Part shown: positions 39,877 through 54,000 of the stretch, piece after piece | How positions within the stretch are numbered: position 1 is the stretch's first letter | How the letters are laid out: every line of letters begins with the position of its first letter | Source of the DNA: a virus | Lineage: Duplodnaviria > Caudoviricetes | DNA length: 64,000 nt | IMG/VR virus record: IMGVR_UViG_3300032038_000010 | Coordinates: 1-64,000 of that record | Strand: one strand, 5' to 3' | Made by a program: the position numbers and the translations under genes | The notes under the pieces: model-generated | The model's database searches: none | Told to the model about the DNA's origin: nothing | Seen by the model: only the letters and a program-made list of their open reading frames with translations

Positions 39877-40170
39877 TCATTCTCCTGTTACATAATTAAC
39901 AATTACACTTTCAGGAGTATCATAAGTAAAACTTAAAGAAGTAATTAAAGTGTATCCACTTGATTCATACATCCCAGTTCTACCCATCTCTATTAATTCA
40001 CCGTTAACACTAAAGCTAAAACCACTTGAATACTTTTTCTTATTATCAAAAGGCATTAAATCTTTTCTATCTATTGAAATACCTATTTTCATTGTCCCTG
40101 TATTAGAGCCAAGGACATTTACCCCAGCTTTAAATGGCCCTTTAAGTTGACAAATTTTTCCTTCGTTCAT
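39877..40170 (-). CDS. small structural protein
   Basis: IEMGRTGMYE motif. Confidence 0.65.
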   Translation of the reverse strand: MNEGKICQLKGPFKAGVNVLGSNTGTMKIGISIDRKDLMPFDNKKKYSSGFSFSVNGELIEMGRTGMYESSGYTLITSLSFTYDTPESVIVNYVTGE

Positions 40171-40184
40171 TTAATCAACCTCCA

Positions 40185-40943
40185 TTAACCATCATAAGCA
40201 TAATCTAATATAAAATCATGGACATTAGTGTTAATAGAACCATTTGGGGCACTAAAACCAACAAAATTAATTAGAATACCATTATTAACTTCATAAACTC
40301 CAGACCGCCCCACTCTAATAGGTTCATGATTAATACAAATTAAAGATCCAGGTTTCGTTTGAATACCTATCTTTATAGCATTTTCTATTGGTAAAATATT
40401 ATTTACAACAGAAACATCACCATAAGTTTCAAGATTAATACTAGTAGCAATATCATCTCTACTTATAGACTATAGATAATCATAATTAGTTCTACTTAAA
40501 ATAAAACCTAAATACTTATATGTATTATTTGGAGTAAATATAATATCATAAGAAAAATATTCTGTATTTACTCCTTCTATATAAGGTTCTGCTGTAATAT
40601 TAGAATTAATTATTTGATAAGTTCCTTTTTTATATTCACCGCCTGTTGTAGAACCATCATCAGCAAAAAGCTCAAGTTTAAAAGCCAATGAACGAGGGTC
40701 ATTTATATCATTGGTTATAATATAATTATTAAATCTAGGATCATTAATTGCTATTCGTTTAATTCTAAATCTTAAATAATAACTTTTATCAGAAGTAAAT
40801 GACCCATTATTTACAGCAATAGCGTAATCTTTAAATTGTCTATTAGCATATCCTGCTGTGGTAATTGCGGCGGCCCTATAATTTACATCAGACAAATAAG
40901 AAACACTTGAACTTTTCCTTATTTGACCTAATTTATACGCCAT
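40185..40943 (-). CDS. structural protein (TAG readthrough)
   Basis: continues past TAG 40470 to IGIQTKPG...IRVGRSGVYE...IDYAY, ends TAA. Confidence 0.7.
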
Positions 40944-40959
40944 CCTTTTATCTCCTTAA

Positions 40960-42999
40960 TTATAATTTCTGTTGACATTTATAAGCAGATATATTCATCA
41001 AAGAATCTATATCTAAAGGTAATGATATAGACTGAATCATATAATCTCCATTAATTCCTATAACATTATCTTTCACACTAACTCTTGTGTTAGGTTCAAG
41101 ATAATAAATAGGTATAGATGATAATTGAATAGTTTCATTCATATTAGTATATTGATATAAAAGCTATGTAATTCTTTGATAACAACTATTCTGAGTTCCT
41201 CCTACAGTAAATAAATCAAATAATGTTTGATCTACTTGCATATAATCCTGACCTCTTGCAACGCATTCATTTATTTGCTCTTGTTGCTACTAATCAGATA
41301 AATTAATATCAATAAATACTAAATCTGGTATGGATTGTTCAAAAACACAATTAATTTTATCTTCTGAAACAACTACACTGCGGCGGCCTATATTCTAAAT
41401 ACTATATTGACCAACCTAAGAATTATCATCTATTAAATCTAACCAGTAATTAATTTTACTTGGATTTTCTCTTACACTATCATAGAATTTTTGAGTCTTA
41501 AGATTAAATAATTTAGGCCATTCATTTACTAACTAAGTAAAATAATAAGGTTGAGCAGTACCGGTATCTAAAGCCTCAACACCCTAATAATATAGTTCCT
41601 CTCTCCAATCTACAGTAGTTACAGTATAATTAGGTAATTCAATTTCATTAAATTCTTTTTTAATCTAATTATACATATAATATTTAGGAGAAGTTAAATA
41701 CCCAATTACATATATAGTATTCTACTTCCCCTAAGGAGGAAGAACCTAGACCTATTTCATAAAATCTGCGGCCGCCCTAATTATACCATTATCATCTGTA
41801 TAATAACTTACATAATGTGTTTGGCCTATCTATGGTTTTTTATCTATAGCTAAATGGTATCTAACAGGAATCTACGTCTAGCCATCTGCTAATTTGCGGA
41901 CACCCCAAACTAAGAAATCATTTTTAACATTATTATAATTAGGAGTATTACTTGTACTAGATATTAACTTAGTCCCCTAAAAACTATATACAGATTTTCC
42001 GCTAGAGAAGTCCACATTATAATTAGGATCTCTATTAATATGATTTAATATCTCCGTAGTGTAAGTCGTATTTAAATAATTTTTTATCTCTTGAAAATGA
42101 AAATAACCATTCACATCATAAAAATATTCATAATTACCAAGTGTTGAAATAATTTTATCTAATACACTTGTAACTGTCGCCCCAGCATCACAATTTAAAT
42201 CGCCAGGATAAGTAAAATCAGTTAAAATGAATCCGATGTCGGAACCTGGTTCGTATGTGATAATATCTGACTCCTATACGCCGTAAGCACCTGCGGCCGC
42301 CGTAGCCTAATCATAAGTATAATAGAATTGTCTAGTAATTGTGTCATCTACTGTATGCTATAAATAAAATATAGGTTTATTCCCATTATATCTCATGACT
42401 TGTTTTATTTTATCATCTAAGTCTTCGATAATAATTTTAGCTGCATCTTCAGCCCCAAAATGATTAACAAGCTAATATATTATCTTAGATATAACTGGAT
42501 AAGTTATTTCCCCATATTCATTCTCTTCCTAACTGAAAGTGACTGCAGCGGGTATAACTCCTCCCAAATCTCCATTCAATAAACACATTTTATCTTTAAG
42601 AGAAATATTAATAGTTACTCCCGAATTTTGATGACTCAATGAGACCGCCGCAATCACAAATATTCCTAATGGAAACCAAACTATATCACCATATTTAGGA
42701 TTTATTTCATTCTTAAATCCTAATTCAAGTTTAAGTTTCCTATTAATAGATAAATTTTGATCTATATTAGTTAAATCATTTTCTTGCTCTTCTGCGAACA
42801 TACTAAAATTGGATGTACGCCTTAAAGAAGAATTACCATCTAGGTTTAAAGAGCCTGAAGTAGCTTTACCTTGAATCTCTACTATAGGCTCTTCTCCCCA
42901 AGTTAGTATAGTTAAACGCACATATTGTTCTTTAATTCGCAGATTATCTAATTCTTTAAGAAAAACAGAATCTTGTAAAAAATCTGTACTATTCATCAA
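40960..42999 (-). CDS. baseplate hub-like tail protein (679 aa, many TAG)
   Basis: 42529..42999 and 40960..41142 are in one frame; LKDKMCLLNG, IPIYYLEPNTR. Confidence 0.75.
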
Positions 43000-45629
43000 T
43001 ATATGCCTTTCTATGTTTCTATTTGATAATTAACGATTGCATTGACAGGGCAAGCTATTTCATAAGTTTTTGTGTTAGGTAAATATGCGGCGGGCCACCA
43101 TTTACCATTATAAAAGATATGGGCGACGCCATCCTCATAAGCAGATAACTGAGTCACAACTGTAGGCTTAGAACTATTAATCATACCTTGATGATTATTT
43201 AATTTTCTAGCTTCAATACTTACTCCATAAAAATAAGCATCTGTAATAGTTGATGTGTTATCACCTGGGTCTATAAATAACTAATTTGTTTCATCAATTA
43301 TTAATTTCTAATAATTACTGTCTGCTTTTGTCTGAACATAAATAATTGTACCTTGATTAGCTTCAACATCTATATTCTTTAAAGAATTCACTTTTAAATA
43401 ATATTCATCTAAATCTTCATGATATTTTTGATAAATAGTATTCCATAAACTAGACTTGGAATTAAAATTACCGAAAAGTTGGCCCATAACACTTTTATAT
43501 ATTAGGGAATTAGCAATATTACTTGTATCTTTTTCTTCTGACAGTTCAATTACAAAATCTAATAATATTTTTGTATCTTTGAGTGGGGTAATATTCCAAC
43601 TAGATGTAATAGATACATCACTACCTCTTATCTAGTATATATTATTTGGAGGCTCAATTAATATATTCTAACCATTTATATTAATTAAAGTACCAAGTAG
43701 AGTATTTTCATCTACTGTATCTACGCCTTCAACAAATGGACTTAACACTCCATTATTATTATTAATTAAATAAGGCTCTGAATCTATCTCAATACGCATA
43801 TAAGAAATAGAAAAATCATTAATTAATATATCATTAACACTTTCCCCTACATGGTATTTAGATTTAATAGTTTCTATATTACTTTTTATGCCTGATGTTC
43901 CTAGTAAATTAAAATTAGCAGGATAAGCTTGCTCCTAGATAGAACCATCTTCACTATATTTAAATCTATTCAGCTGCCCTAATGTTGTCTATGACCAAGT
44001 AATACTATTCTGCGGCGCCCCTATTTTTTGAATATTATATTTATCAAAATTCTAAATTGTAGGTTCATCGATTTCTATTGCGGTGCAATCGAAAGAATAA
44101 AGCAGCCGCCCCAGTTCTTGCTTAGGAGTAAGTGTGATACCCATTAACTTAATAAGGATATTTCCCTAAGTTAATGATTTAAATAATTTAGGCTTATTAT
44201 CATATAAAAAAGTTTTAACTTTTTCTCTAAATTCTCTCTATAATGTGTAATCATACTCTCCTGAAATAACATTTAAAGTATGGCTTCCATGAGCCTATTT
44301 ATATAGACTCGTTTCGTTATCTAATAATTCATCTTCATTAGTAAATAAATTATTATTATCCATGCAAGCTGTAATTAGACCACTTAAAGGAAAAGAATGA
44401 TAATACATATTACCATTACGTCTTACATATGGATATTTGCTACCTATGGTATCTGTTTTTGATTCTCCTATATTAATTGAAGCGTTAGCAATATTAGTAT
44501 CATATCTAAGTTTTAATTGTAGGGCCTAAGATTTAGACCCGCCCTTTTCTACAAGGAAAGCATCATCAAACTAGCCCATCTATTTACTAGATGTAACTAG
44601 ACTACCTCTGCGCCCCTTCTACCTTAATTGCGCTCCATACTGATAGAATACTCCAGATTTAATAGTAAAATCATCAAATTCCCACCTAATAGTAGAATCT
44701 ATTGTTGTATAATTAGCTACATCCTACCATATTTGAAATTGAGATTCAGAAGAAGTACGTCTAAGTGTAATATTATTCCCTCTAGCAGTAAAAACCGCAT
44801 TAACTACAACTGCCGCATATCCATCTTCCTAGTTGATCTACAATTCTACTGTACCATTTAACGGAGAACTAGCAAATGTAATAACTTGAAATTTATATGA
44901 AATACTATCTTTATACCCGTTTCTTGTCTATATTTCATAAGTAAGAGTATAATGGGCATTATTCTTCATAGTATAACGCAGTTGACATTCCATTTGAGTT
45001 TTACCATTTACAGAAGTGAAAACATTAGCTATTTGTTCTCCTGAATCAGCTAATAATTCGTTCCCCTATTCATTATAAAGTTTTATTCTCCAAGTTTTAA
45101 GAGTCTATTTACCATTTCTTGTATTATTAGGGTCATATACTCCTACGAATATTGGTTCAGCAGAACCATAAGTATTAGTAATAGATGAATCTGCATCCAT
45201 GAAATTCGTTATGTATATCTGCGGAGGTACTATTGGTTTTATCAGTGTAACAGTAGACCATTCAGATACATCAGACGATAAATTTGCGGCGGCCGCATTA
45301 CTAGGCCATGCCCGACCACTAAACCTGAGTTGTACTTTATAAATCATATCTGGATCAAATGGTGATTGAACTAAGTCACTTGGGTCTAATGTAACGTAAT
45401 ATAGAGTCACCCCATCTGACTAAATATGATGTATTGTGGTACATTTAATTTTATTTGGATATTTATTTGTATTTAGAGCATTTCTATTATTTGTTTGATA
45501 CTTAACAGTTAGTTGAACTTGTGCTATACTGCTAAGTGAATTAAATTGCGAGAGCTGGAAATAAATGTTAACCGACTTAGTATACGGAAAAGCATTTTGA
45601 CCCGCCGCAACAATAGGTGGGAATAACAT
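42996..45629 (-). CDS. tail structural protein (877 aa, many TAG)
   Basis: MLFPP, YKVQLRF, SEWSTV, DTIGSKYP, KLFKSLT*GN; fragments in frame, ends TGA. Confidence 0.75.
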
Positions 45630-45659
45630 ACCCAATCCCTCCTTTTATCTCTTAATTAG

Positions 45660-46031
45660 TTATTTCTTCTACGGGGCGGTAGTAGGTAAATCAACTATTT
45701 CATCTTTAATCCTGTCAATTATGCCATCGCCACCTAAGTTTTTGTATGCTAAATATAATGGGTGATATACTTCTCGTTCATCTAAAGTATAATAACCTTG
45801 TCTCTTAGTGTGTCCATAGTTCTAGAGTAAAGCTATACGTATCAAACCAAGCATAGCCTACTTAAAAGTATGTCTCTATTGTTCTTGCTCTAACTTCATT
45901 TGACGCTATTTCTATCTATATTCATGTGTCTCTTTGTCTCTCCGATTAAGACGTATAGATATAGAAGTACTAATAAAAGCTGAAATAGCTCCAATGCCTA
46001 TCGTTATGAGTTGAGTTAAAACTGGATTCAT
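45660..46031 (-). CDS. holin-like membrane protein (6 TAG)
   Basis: N-terminal TM helix, YKNLGGDG...LP motif of Firmicutes phage lysis-associated proteins. Confidence 0.55.
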
Positions 46032-46123
46032 TAGAATCTCCTTTCTCTAAAGGGTGTATTTCATTACCTCTAAAAATAAAAGAAAAAAGGGCAAGACTGT
46101 TGAATACATCTTGCCCAAATTTC

Positions 46124-49100
46124 TTATTTATTTTTTATTAATTTTTTAAGCTATTTTATTTCTGCTTTAAGCTACATAATCTATTGTTCTTGATGTTGAA
46201 TCATTGAAATGTGAAGTGCATGAAGTTCACTATAATCAAAAGTATAATATTCATTTTCCCCATTATTTAAATACTTAGTAACATCAAAATTTATATCTGA
46301 ATCTTTAGCTTTATTTTTTGATATAAATTTAAATTGATTATTCTAAATGTTTAAATTTTTGTTAATATCTTGTTGCACATCTTGTGCAATTAAACCAAAA
46401 TGAATTTTATTATAGTCTTTATCAATTTTAGAGTATTCTTCACAATATTTAAAAGTAACAGGCTGTAACTGTTTATAAAACTAAATAATATTATCATTAG
46501 ATAATTGATGGATATTAGTTTTTAATCTTTGATCAGATGTCTTGCCGCCGCCCGCTCCTTTTCGCTCAAAATTATCTTGAACATAAGTAACTGAAGCAGC
46601 ATTTGCCCCTTGAAAATCAATATTCCCATAAGCAGTCAAAGCAGCAGTTAAATCAGCTGTGGTAGAAGGTAAATCAGATTTTTTAACGTAAGGATTATTA
46701 TAATTTTGTTTTAAGTAATTATTAAGTTCTGGCCTAATGACAAGATCTTCAATATCTATCCTGATATTATCTTTAGTAATTAAAGTATCAGCTTTAATGC
46801 CATTAGCTTTAATGCCATTAGCTTTAATATTACCATCTTCATCCCAATAACAACGAGAATTATTTAAATATATTAAATAAGGATCGTACTACCCTCCAGC
46901 AATAGGTTTCCCAATTCTAATGCTAAAATAACCTGGTGAAGATTCTGAATGGTATCCGCTGTTTGCTCTAAACACACCTCTCGCCCAAACATTACCAGAA
47001 GAAGCTGCATGGAAAGCTGCGTCAACGCCACTTCGAGTATCAGTATAATTTAATAAAATAAAGCCTTTACCATCTCCAAGACTAGATGTACCACTTGTAC
47101 CGATCCAAACATCATTATTACCAGCTTTATAATAACCATTTTGGCCATCAAGTATTACATTATTCTAAATAGATTTTAAATATCTACCTTGATTGGTATC
47201 GTATATAGTCCAACCGCCAATAGTGCCACTCGTCGCAGTAATTTTACCACTGAAATCGCCATCAATAAATTTGGCATTTTTAGCAGTTAAATTACCAATA
47301 GAGCTAACTACAAAATTATCTGGGCCAAAATTTAAAGAGCCATTAGAATTTATAACAGCATTACCACTTACGCTATGTATACTATTGTAATCAATTACCC
47401 ATCCTGCTATATTTCCTTTAGCCGTCCATAACTCACCATTAAAATAACCATCAGTAAAATAACTATTATTAGCAACTAGATTCCCCTAATCATCAACAAA
47501 GAAATTAGAACCTCTACCCGCAGTAAAGCTACCATCTGAATATACTATAAATTTATTATTAACATCAATACGTTTATATTTGAGTCCACTACTATAATCT
47601 TTAACAGGATACCAACTAATAACGCTTCCATTATTATCTTTAATTAACTCTATCCTTGTAGGATATTCACCTTGACCATTGTCATTCTTATAAGAATATA
47701 AAGTAGTTTGCCCATCTTGGCTAGTTAATTTTTTATCACTAATCTTCCATCCGGCGATATCACCACCACCTTTAGCAGTTAAATATCCTTTAGGGGTGAC
47801 ACTAAAATTTCCACTCTTAAATTTAATCTAAGGTCTGTCAAAATCAATTAACATACCCTAAATTCTATCTCCATGAAAATAGCTCCAAGAAGCAATAGTA
47901 CCATTAGTACCGCCACTAGCATCGGTACTAATGTTAATCTGACCATGCCCCGCCGCACCGAAACTAGCAGAACCAGTATTTGCATCTAAGAAAAATGTTT
48001 GAACACCTTTCCCGTATCCAAACATACCAGTCTGTTCATGAGCGGCCGCCCCTGGTTCAGAATACATAGAGGTACCAATTACAACACCAGTAAATCTATT
48101 ATTATTATCTTTCTTGCCTGCACCAACTTGTGGAGCTAAAATATAATTATCTCCGTTAGTATTAGTAACTATTGATGTACCATCCCAACCATTTATATAA
48201 GCCATGCCGTATCTATTTAGGTATAAATAAATAGTTATGATAATAGTATAGTCACGATATTTAACTACTACATAATTATTAATAGATTTACTATCATATT
48301 GTGAAGGAGGCTCAATAGTAACAAACTCTGGATGATTTTCATCTTTTCTTTTAACAGAATTAGTATCTAGTACTCCTGCCCAATAAGGTTTCCATATTAC
48401 TTCTGTAGGATTTACAAATTGTTCTACTCCATCCTTGAATAATCTAAATCTAAATGGTTTCCCATTAAAACTAGTCCTAGTACCGTCAGATTCATACATA
48501 CATTCTCTATATCCACCATCTACTATAGCGAATATAGTTTCATCACCTGTAGTAGCGATATCAATAGGGTATGTAGCGTAATATCTTTTTCTCTCATTGA
48601 CTCCGCCATAAGTAGTAGCTAATTCAACTTGGGCAACAGAAGCAGAATAATTATTACTCTTATAACTTATAGCTCCATTTGCGGCGACCGTGATATTAGG
48701 ACTCACATTTTTAACTACTTCCCCAGTAGGAAGAGTCATAACACTCCAATTAATCTCTTTAGAAGAATCATTCAACTGGTCTGTCGTAACTTTTATCCCA
48801 GCTGACACCCCATCATATAGCGGGGCCGCCCCATCATCATAAAATAATAATTTTAAAGGATAAGAGTCATTTATCTATTTGAAACTAAAATTATCTGAAT
48901 AAGTTGTTTCTCCACTTGTTGAATTATAGTGGACTTCTGTTAGTTTCTTATATCCATATAATCTACCATTACTAAAAAATATATTATCTATATTATTAAT
49001 AGCAGGCTGTATATTTGCTATGTATTTAGTGCCATTACTTCCACTTTGTCCCTATTTGATAAATATAAAATTAGTATTAGCAGAATAAATTTTACCACCA

Positions 49101-50962
49101 AATGTTACTTCAAGTCTAATAGTATTATCTGTTCTATCCGTATCATATATATTTCTAATCCCATAAGTAAAAGTAGCACTATCAGCTAATATAGTTCTTT
49201 CTATGTTACTATTGTTACTTGGATTAGTTATAATCTATTTACTTAAAGCTACATCAGTAGTAAGCATTGTATAATTATCTTCTGGCCATATCCATTTTGG
49301 GGCAAAAGTCTATACAATCTAATTATTTGTCATATCATTTGTAATTAAACTTTTACCCTATGGAGTAATAACGTCAAAAGATAAAGCTATTGGAGTTATT
49401 TTTGGAGCTTTACCATATTCATCATAATTAAATACTTTGGAACCATTTTTAATAACTACTGTGACATTCTACGTCTATCCATTAGTTAAAGTAATATAGC
49501 CAGTACCTACATAATGGCCATTTGAGCTATATGCAGTACATTCATAAGTAACAATATCTAAAACTTCATGTATTCTGACATCTATAATATTATTGTGACT
49601 ATCCAAATTAATCAGTGTGCCATCCTTAGTCCTATAGCCCCAATAATATACAAAATCTAAATATGGAGTTCCACTAACAATAGCTGTAAGTTTAGTGTAG
49701 CCTGTGTTAAAATAAAATTGAGTACCGGCAGTAGATGTAATAAGTAATTTAGTCCCGACATAATAACTAGCATGATAAAAATTAATTTCAGCATTTAATT
49801 GAATATTATCATATATAGCTACGCACTTAAATATATGCTATTTACTTGGAACTAATGTAGGTTTAATCTAATATTTTGCGGCGGCCGCCATCCACGTCCC
49901 TGACCTACTTTCATTCAAGCAGCGCCATCCAGCTCCGCCGTATGAATTATAATATTTAGTACTTTCCGCAGTAATACTTGTATCTTTAATAAACCAATAA
50001 AATTCAACTTTCTCTGTTGATAGATTAATTTTTTTACCTTTAATTTTTAATTCAGCTTCCAAATATCGAGTATCATCATTATCACTTATGATGTAATTCC
50101 CATTTGGAGTTAAAATTTTTAACGAGGCGGTCGAAAGTTCATCATTATTTAAAGGCTCCGCAAAAAATAATCCAAAGTTAGATAAGAAAATATCATCAGG
50201 TTTATGGTATTTAGTATTTGGAAAATCTTTACAAAATGCTGTTATTGCAGAAATATCATATAAATTATTTCCATCTATCTAAAAATATACTACTTGTTCA
50301 GTAGGTAAAGTAAATTTATATGGTTGCCCAATCATATTATTCACATCTAAAACATAAGTACGAGTTATTAGCTTATCTGGGTCAGCAGATTGATGGGCAT
50401 ATTGTGAATCATAATATCTAGCTTGAAGTATTATACCATAATTACCGGTGACTTGTTGCTCTAAAGGTAATGCCGTCTGAACAGTAGCTTTTAAACCAAT
50501 GTATGCGCGCCCGTCCTTATTTAAAGTAATATTCTATTTATCTACTGATAATCCATGTTGCAGAAGATCAATAGTCTGAACCCCGCTATAAGAACAAAAA
50601 TTAACTGCGGCGGTCCCCACTAAAATATTTGACCCTATCTATGTCATTCTATCTGATGGGGTAAGAACATCTAAATATTGAGTTCCCTTTTTAGCAATTT
50701 TACTGATTATTGTAACTACAGTATCAGGATTGGATGGAAGTCTAATAAATACGTTATCTCCAATTCTATATTTTGTATTACTATCTTCTGAATAAGCATT
50801 TAATACACTATTTTGATATTGTACTTGATAATGACCCAAACCACTATCTATAACTTGTAAGATAGAGGCTCTAACAGTTTTATCAAATTGAAGATTTGAA
50901 ACTCTGTTTTTAATTAAAGTATCTACCGCTTGAAGTACGGTATCTTCAATACTTGTTGTCAT
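46124..50962 (-). CDS. large tail fibre/spike with C-terminal peptidase S74 chaperone (1612 aa, many TAG)
   Basis: 50639, 49868 and 47858 fragments share a frame; GxIxGW repeats; SDQRLKTNI...HFGLIAQDV. Confidence 0.8.
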
Positions 50963-50987
50963 TTTATTCTCCTTTTAACTCAAAATA

Positions 50988-51016
50988 TATAGGAGGGGCG
51001 GCCCGCCCCCTCCTAT
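50988..51016 (-). terminator. GC hairpin after the tape measure gene
   Basis: ATAGGAGGGGCGG/CCGCCCCCTCCTAT. Confidence 0.5.
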
Positions 51017-54000
51017 TAATAAGTTCTCCTATTCTGACTAGCTAATTGTGAAGCACGATTAACTAAATTATTAAGAGCATTTTTAATTTCAAGAGCATCC
51101 GAAACATTAGGGAAATCAGCATTGATGACTACTGAAGTCTCATTGTTTGTATTGTTATCCATTGTAGGTATCTTACCAGAATTAATTCTATTTACACTAT
51201 CTTGCGCGAGTCCTAAAGAATTGATTATAGCATTACTAATCTTTAATGCAGCTAAAGTATTTTTAGTATCTTCTTGGTTAAGAATTAATTCTTTCTGGTG
51301 GAGCATAGCAAGACGACCTTCTCTTCCAGGCCAGCTACCAGTGTAACCGCCAGTTGCGAAAGATGAAGTATAGTATCGACGCAAATCTTTATCATGCCAA
51401 TCTCTATACAAATCACCATTACGAGCATGCTGATTAATATAGTCTTGCACAGCTTTAGCGTTATTAGCACCAACTTTCTGCGCTAATAATCCACTTCTAA
51501 CAGGATCATTACCCCATCCAGAGTCTTTCTTCATCCAGATGGCTGCCGCAATACCTGCAACATCATTAGAATTAAGATTAGTATTATTACTGCTTCCCGC
51601 TTTATTTGCATTACCATTATTGTTGCTATTGCTCTTGTTAGCATTATTGGTCTTATTAGAATTATTAGGTTTTTTGCTTTGATCAGGAGAAAGAGTTCCT
51701 CCACTTCCATCTTTATTTTCTTTCGCCCTCTAGAAATCGCGGGCAGCCTGCGCGGCTTGTTGTGCAGCTAGCTTAGCAGCATCATACTATTTAGCTAATT
51801 TTTGGATTTCCAACCAAAGATTACGGACTGTAGTAATCTCATTATCAAATTGAGTAACTAACGCACCATTTTCATCTAATAAAGTAACAGTAGCATCATA
51901 TACAGGGTCAATACCTGAAGTTTTTAATTCCTAGAAATTAAGTTTACCTTTGTCTTCGACTTCTTGTAAGCTATCCTGGTATTCACCATTTTTAACTTTG
52001 AGTTCTTCTATAGCAGGTTTGATTACTGTATCTTTTAAATTATTTACATCTTCTGTAATATTTCCTACAGTAGTATCCCACATACTGCTAATGCCTTGGT
52101 CTTCAAGTAATGTCTTACGAGCTTCATCAGTTAAGTTTTTATTAAAGTTACCGACAAAAACATTATTAACAAAAGAGTCAAGTAAAGTAGGAACCTTACC
52201 ATCATCGCCCATAAGAGCATTAATAGAGTTCCATACACTTTTATCTGCGGGACTATCACCTAGACCAAGGAAGTTACGAGTTTGCTCGCCAAGAGTCTTA
52301 AGCAATGTTGCATATTCAGTACCAGTCGTATTCAATAGCTCAGATTGCATTGCTTGATGATCAACACCTAGTTTGGTTAAGATACCATCTTCACCTAAAT
52401 AAGCCTCTTGTAACTCGGCAAGTTTTTCTTGTAATAATTCTTGGTCATCATAATAAGTTTCAGTTAACTCTTGCGCTTTGTCAAAGAACTCTTCAATTTT
52501 TGAATATGCTTCATCTGTTGTATCATTAAGGTCTTCATCTTCCATTTGACGAAGTTCTTCAATTAAATCTCTTAGTTCTTGGGCTTTATTTTGTGAAGCA
52601 TCTTCATCAGCAACATACTGATAAGTATAATTACCTTGGCTATCACGGCGTAATCTCATTTGAGTTTTAGCCTGTTGAGCATCTTCAAGAGCCATCTGAG
52701 CTTTCATAATCTCAAATTTCTTATTAGCAATATCTACATCGATTTGACGTAAGTTTGTAATAGACTCAAGATTACTAATCTCGCTATTCATGAACTTAAG
52801 CATATCTTTTTGCTGCTTAGGTGCCAAATCATTCATTGCTGAATTAACATCAGCTTGGAATCTAGCAATATCAGTAGCTCTAGTTAAGTCATCTAGATAA
52901 CGATCATCATTCCACTGTGCGCGGTCCCACTCATCTGCGGCGCTCTGCCATGCTCCGCGGCCGCCACCCGCAAGCTTATCTTTAGCGTCTTGAATAATAT
53001 ACTGGACAGCGTTGTTATATTTATCTAATAAGTTTTCTACAGAATTTTCTACAGCATCGTTTAATCCATCAACTGAATCCATCCAATTATCACGGAACTT
53101 TTTCCAATCTTCTGACTGTTCAGCCATAGACTTAGATGGATCATATACGGAATCCATTTTAGATTTCCACATATCGGCTTCTTGGCGATACATATCAATC
53201 TCATTAAGATAATTTGCTTGGCGCTTATTAAAGAATTGTTCTTGAGCCTTGAGGTTTTGCGGGTACAAAGTTTTTATAAGATTCATATCATGCTCAAGAA
53301 CCTTATCTACTTGTTCATATATCTTGATTTGTTCTTCAAAAGCATCCTGTGCTTTATCAATTTCATCAAGATAATTTTCCCAAGTATCTTTCTTTAACTC
53401 TTCAACGTCTTCAAGATTTTGCATTATCTCTTTTTGATAATTCTTCAAATCTTCAAGGCCTTGCGCCATATTATCGCCATAGCGGTTTGCCTAGCCAGCT
53501 TCCATCTTCTTTAGTTCAGCTATTGTATCATTGATATGGCCAGTCAATTCTTGGATTTCACCAGTGCCGCCTTGATTGTAATATGTGTAAAAATCATCAA
53601 TATTAGTTTGAGACTGACCTAAGAAATCATCTTCTTTGACTTGTCTGATAACTTTTTCACGGAACTTATTCCAGTCGCGTTCAGCTTCAGCGGTATCAAT
53701 TACAATGTCAATATGAACTTTGAAAGATTTAATAGAATTTTCAATTTGCTGATCTATTAATTCTTGTTCTTCGTCTTTAAGATCTTCGACTTGGTCCTCA
53801 AGATCTTCCATTGACTAACGAAGTTTATCATATGCATCAATTTTATCTTTGACGTCATTATAGTTATCTGTTTCATTCTAAATCTTCTCTTCTAACGCCT
53901 TCATCTGCTTATCAAGTTTTTCTTTATAAGCCTTGTCAGTAGAAGCGTTATATTTATCTTTTAACAGATTAAATTGTCTAACTAAATCATTAACGATTGC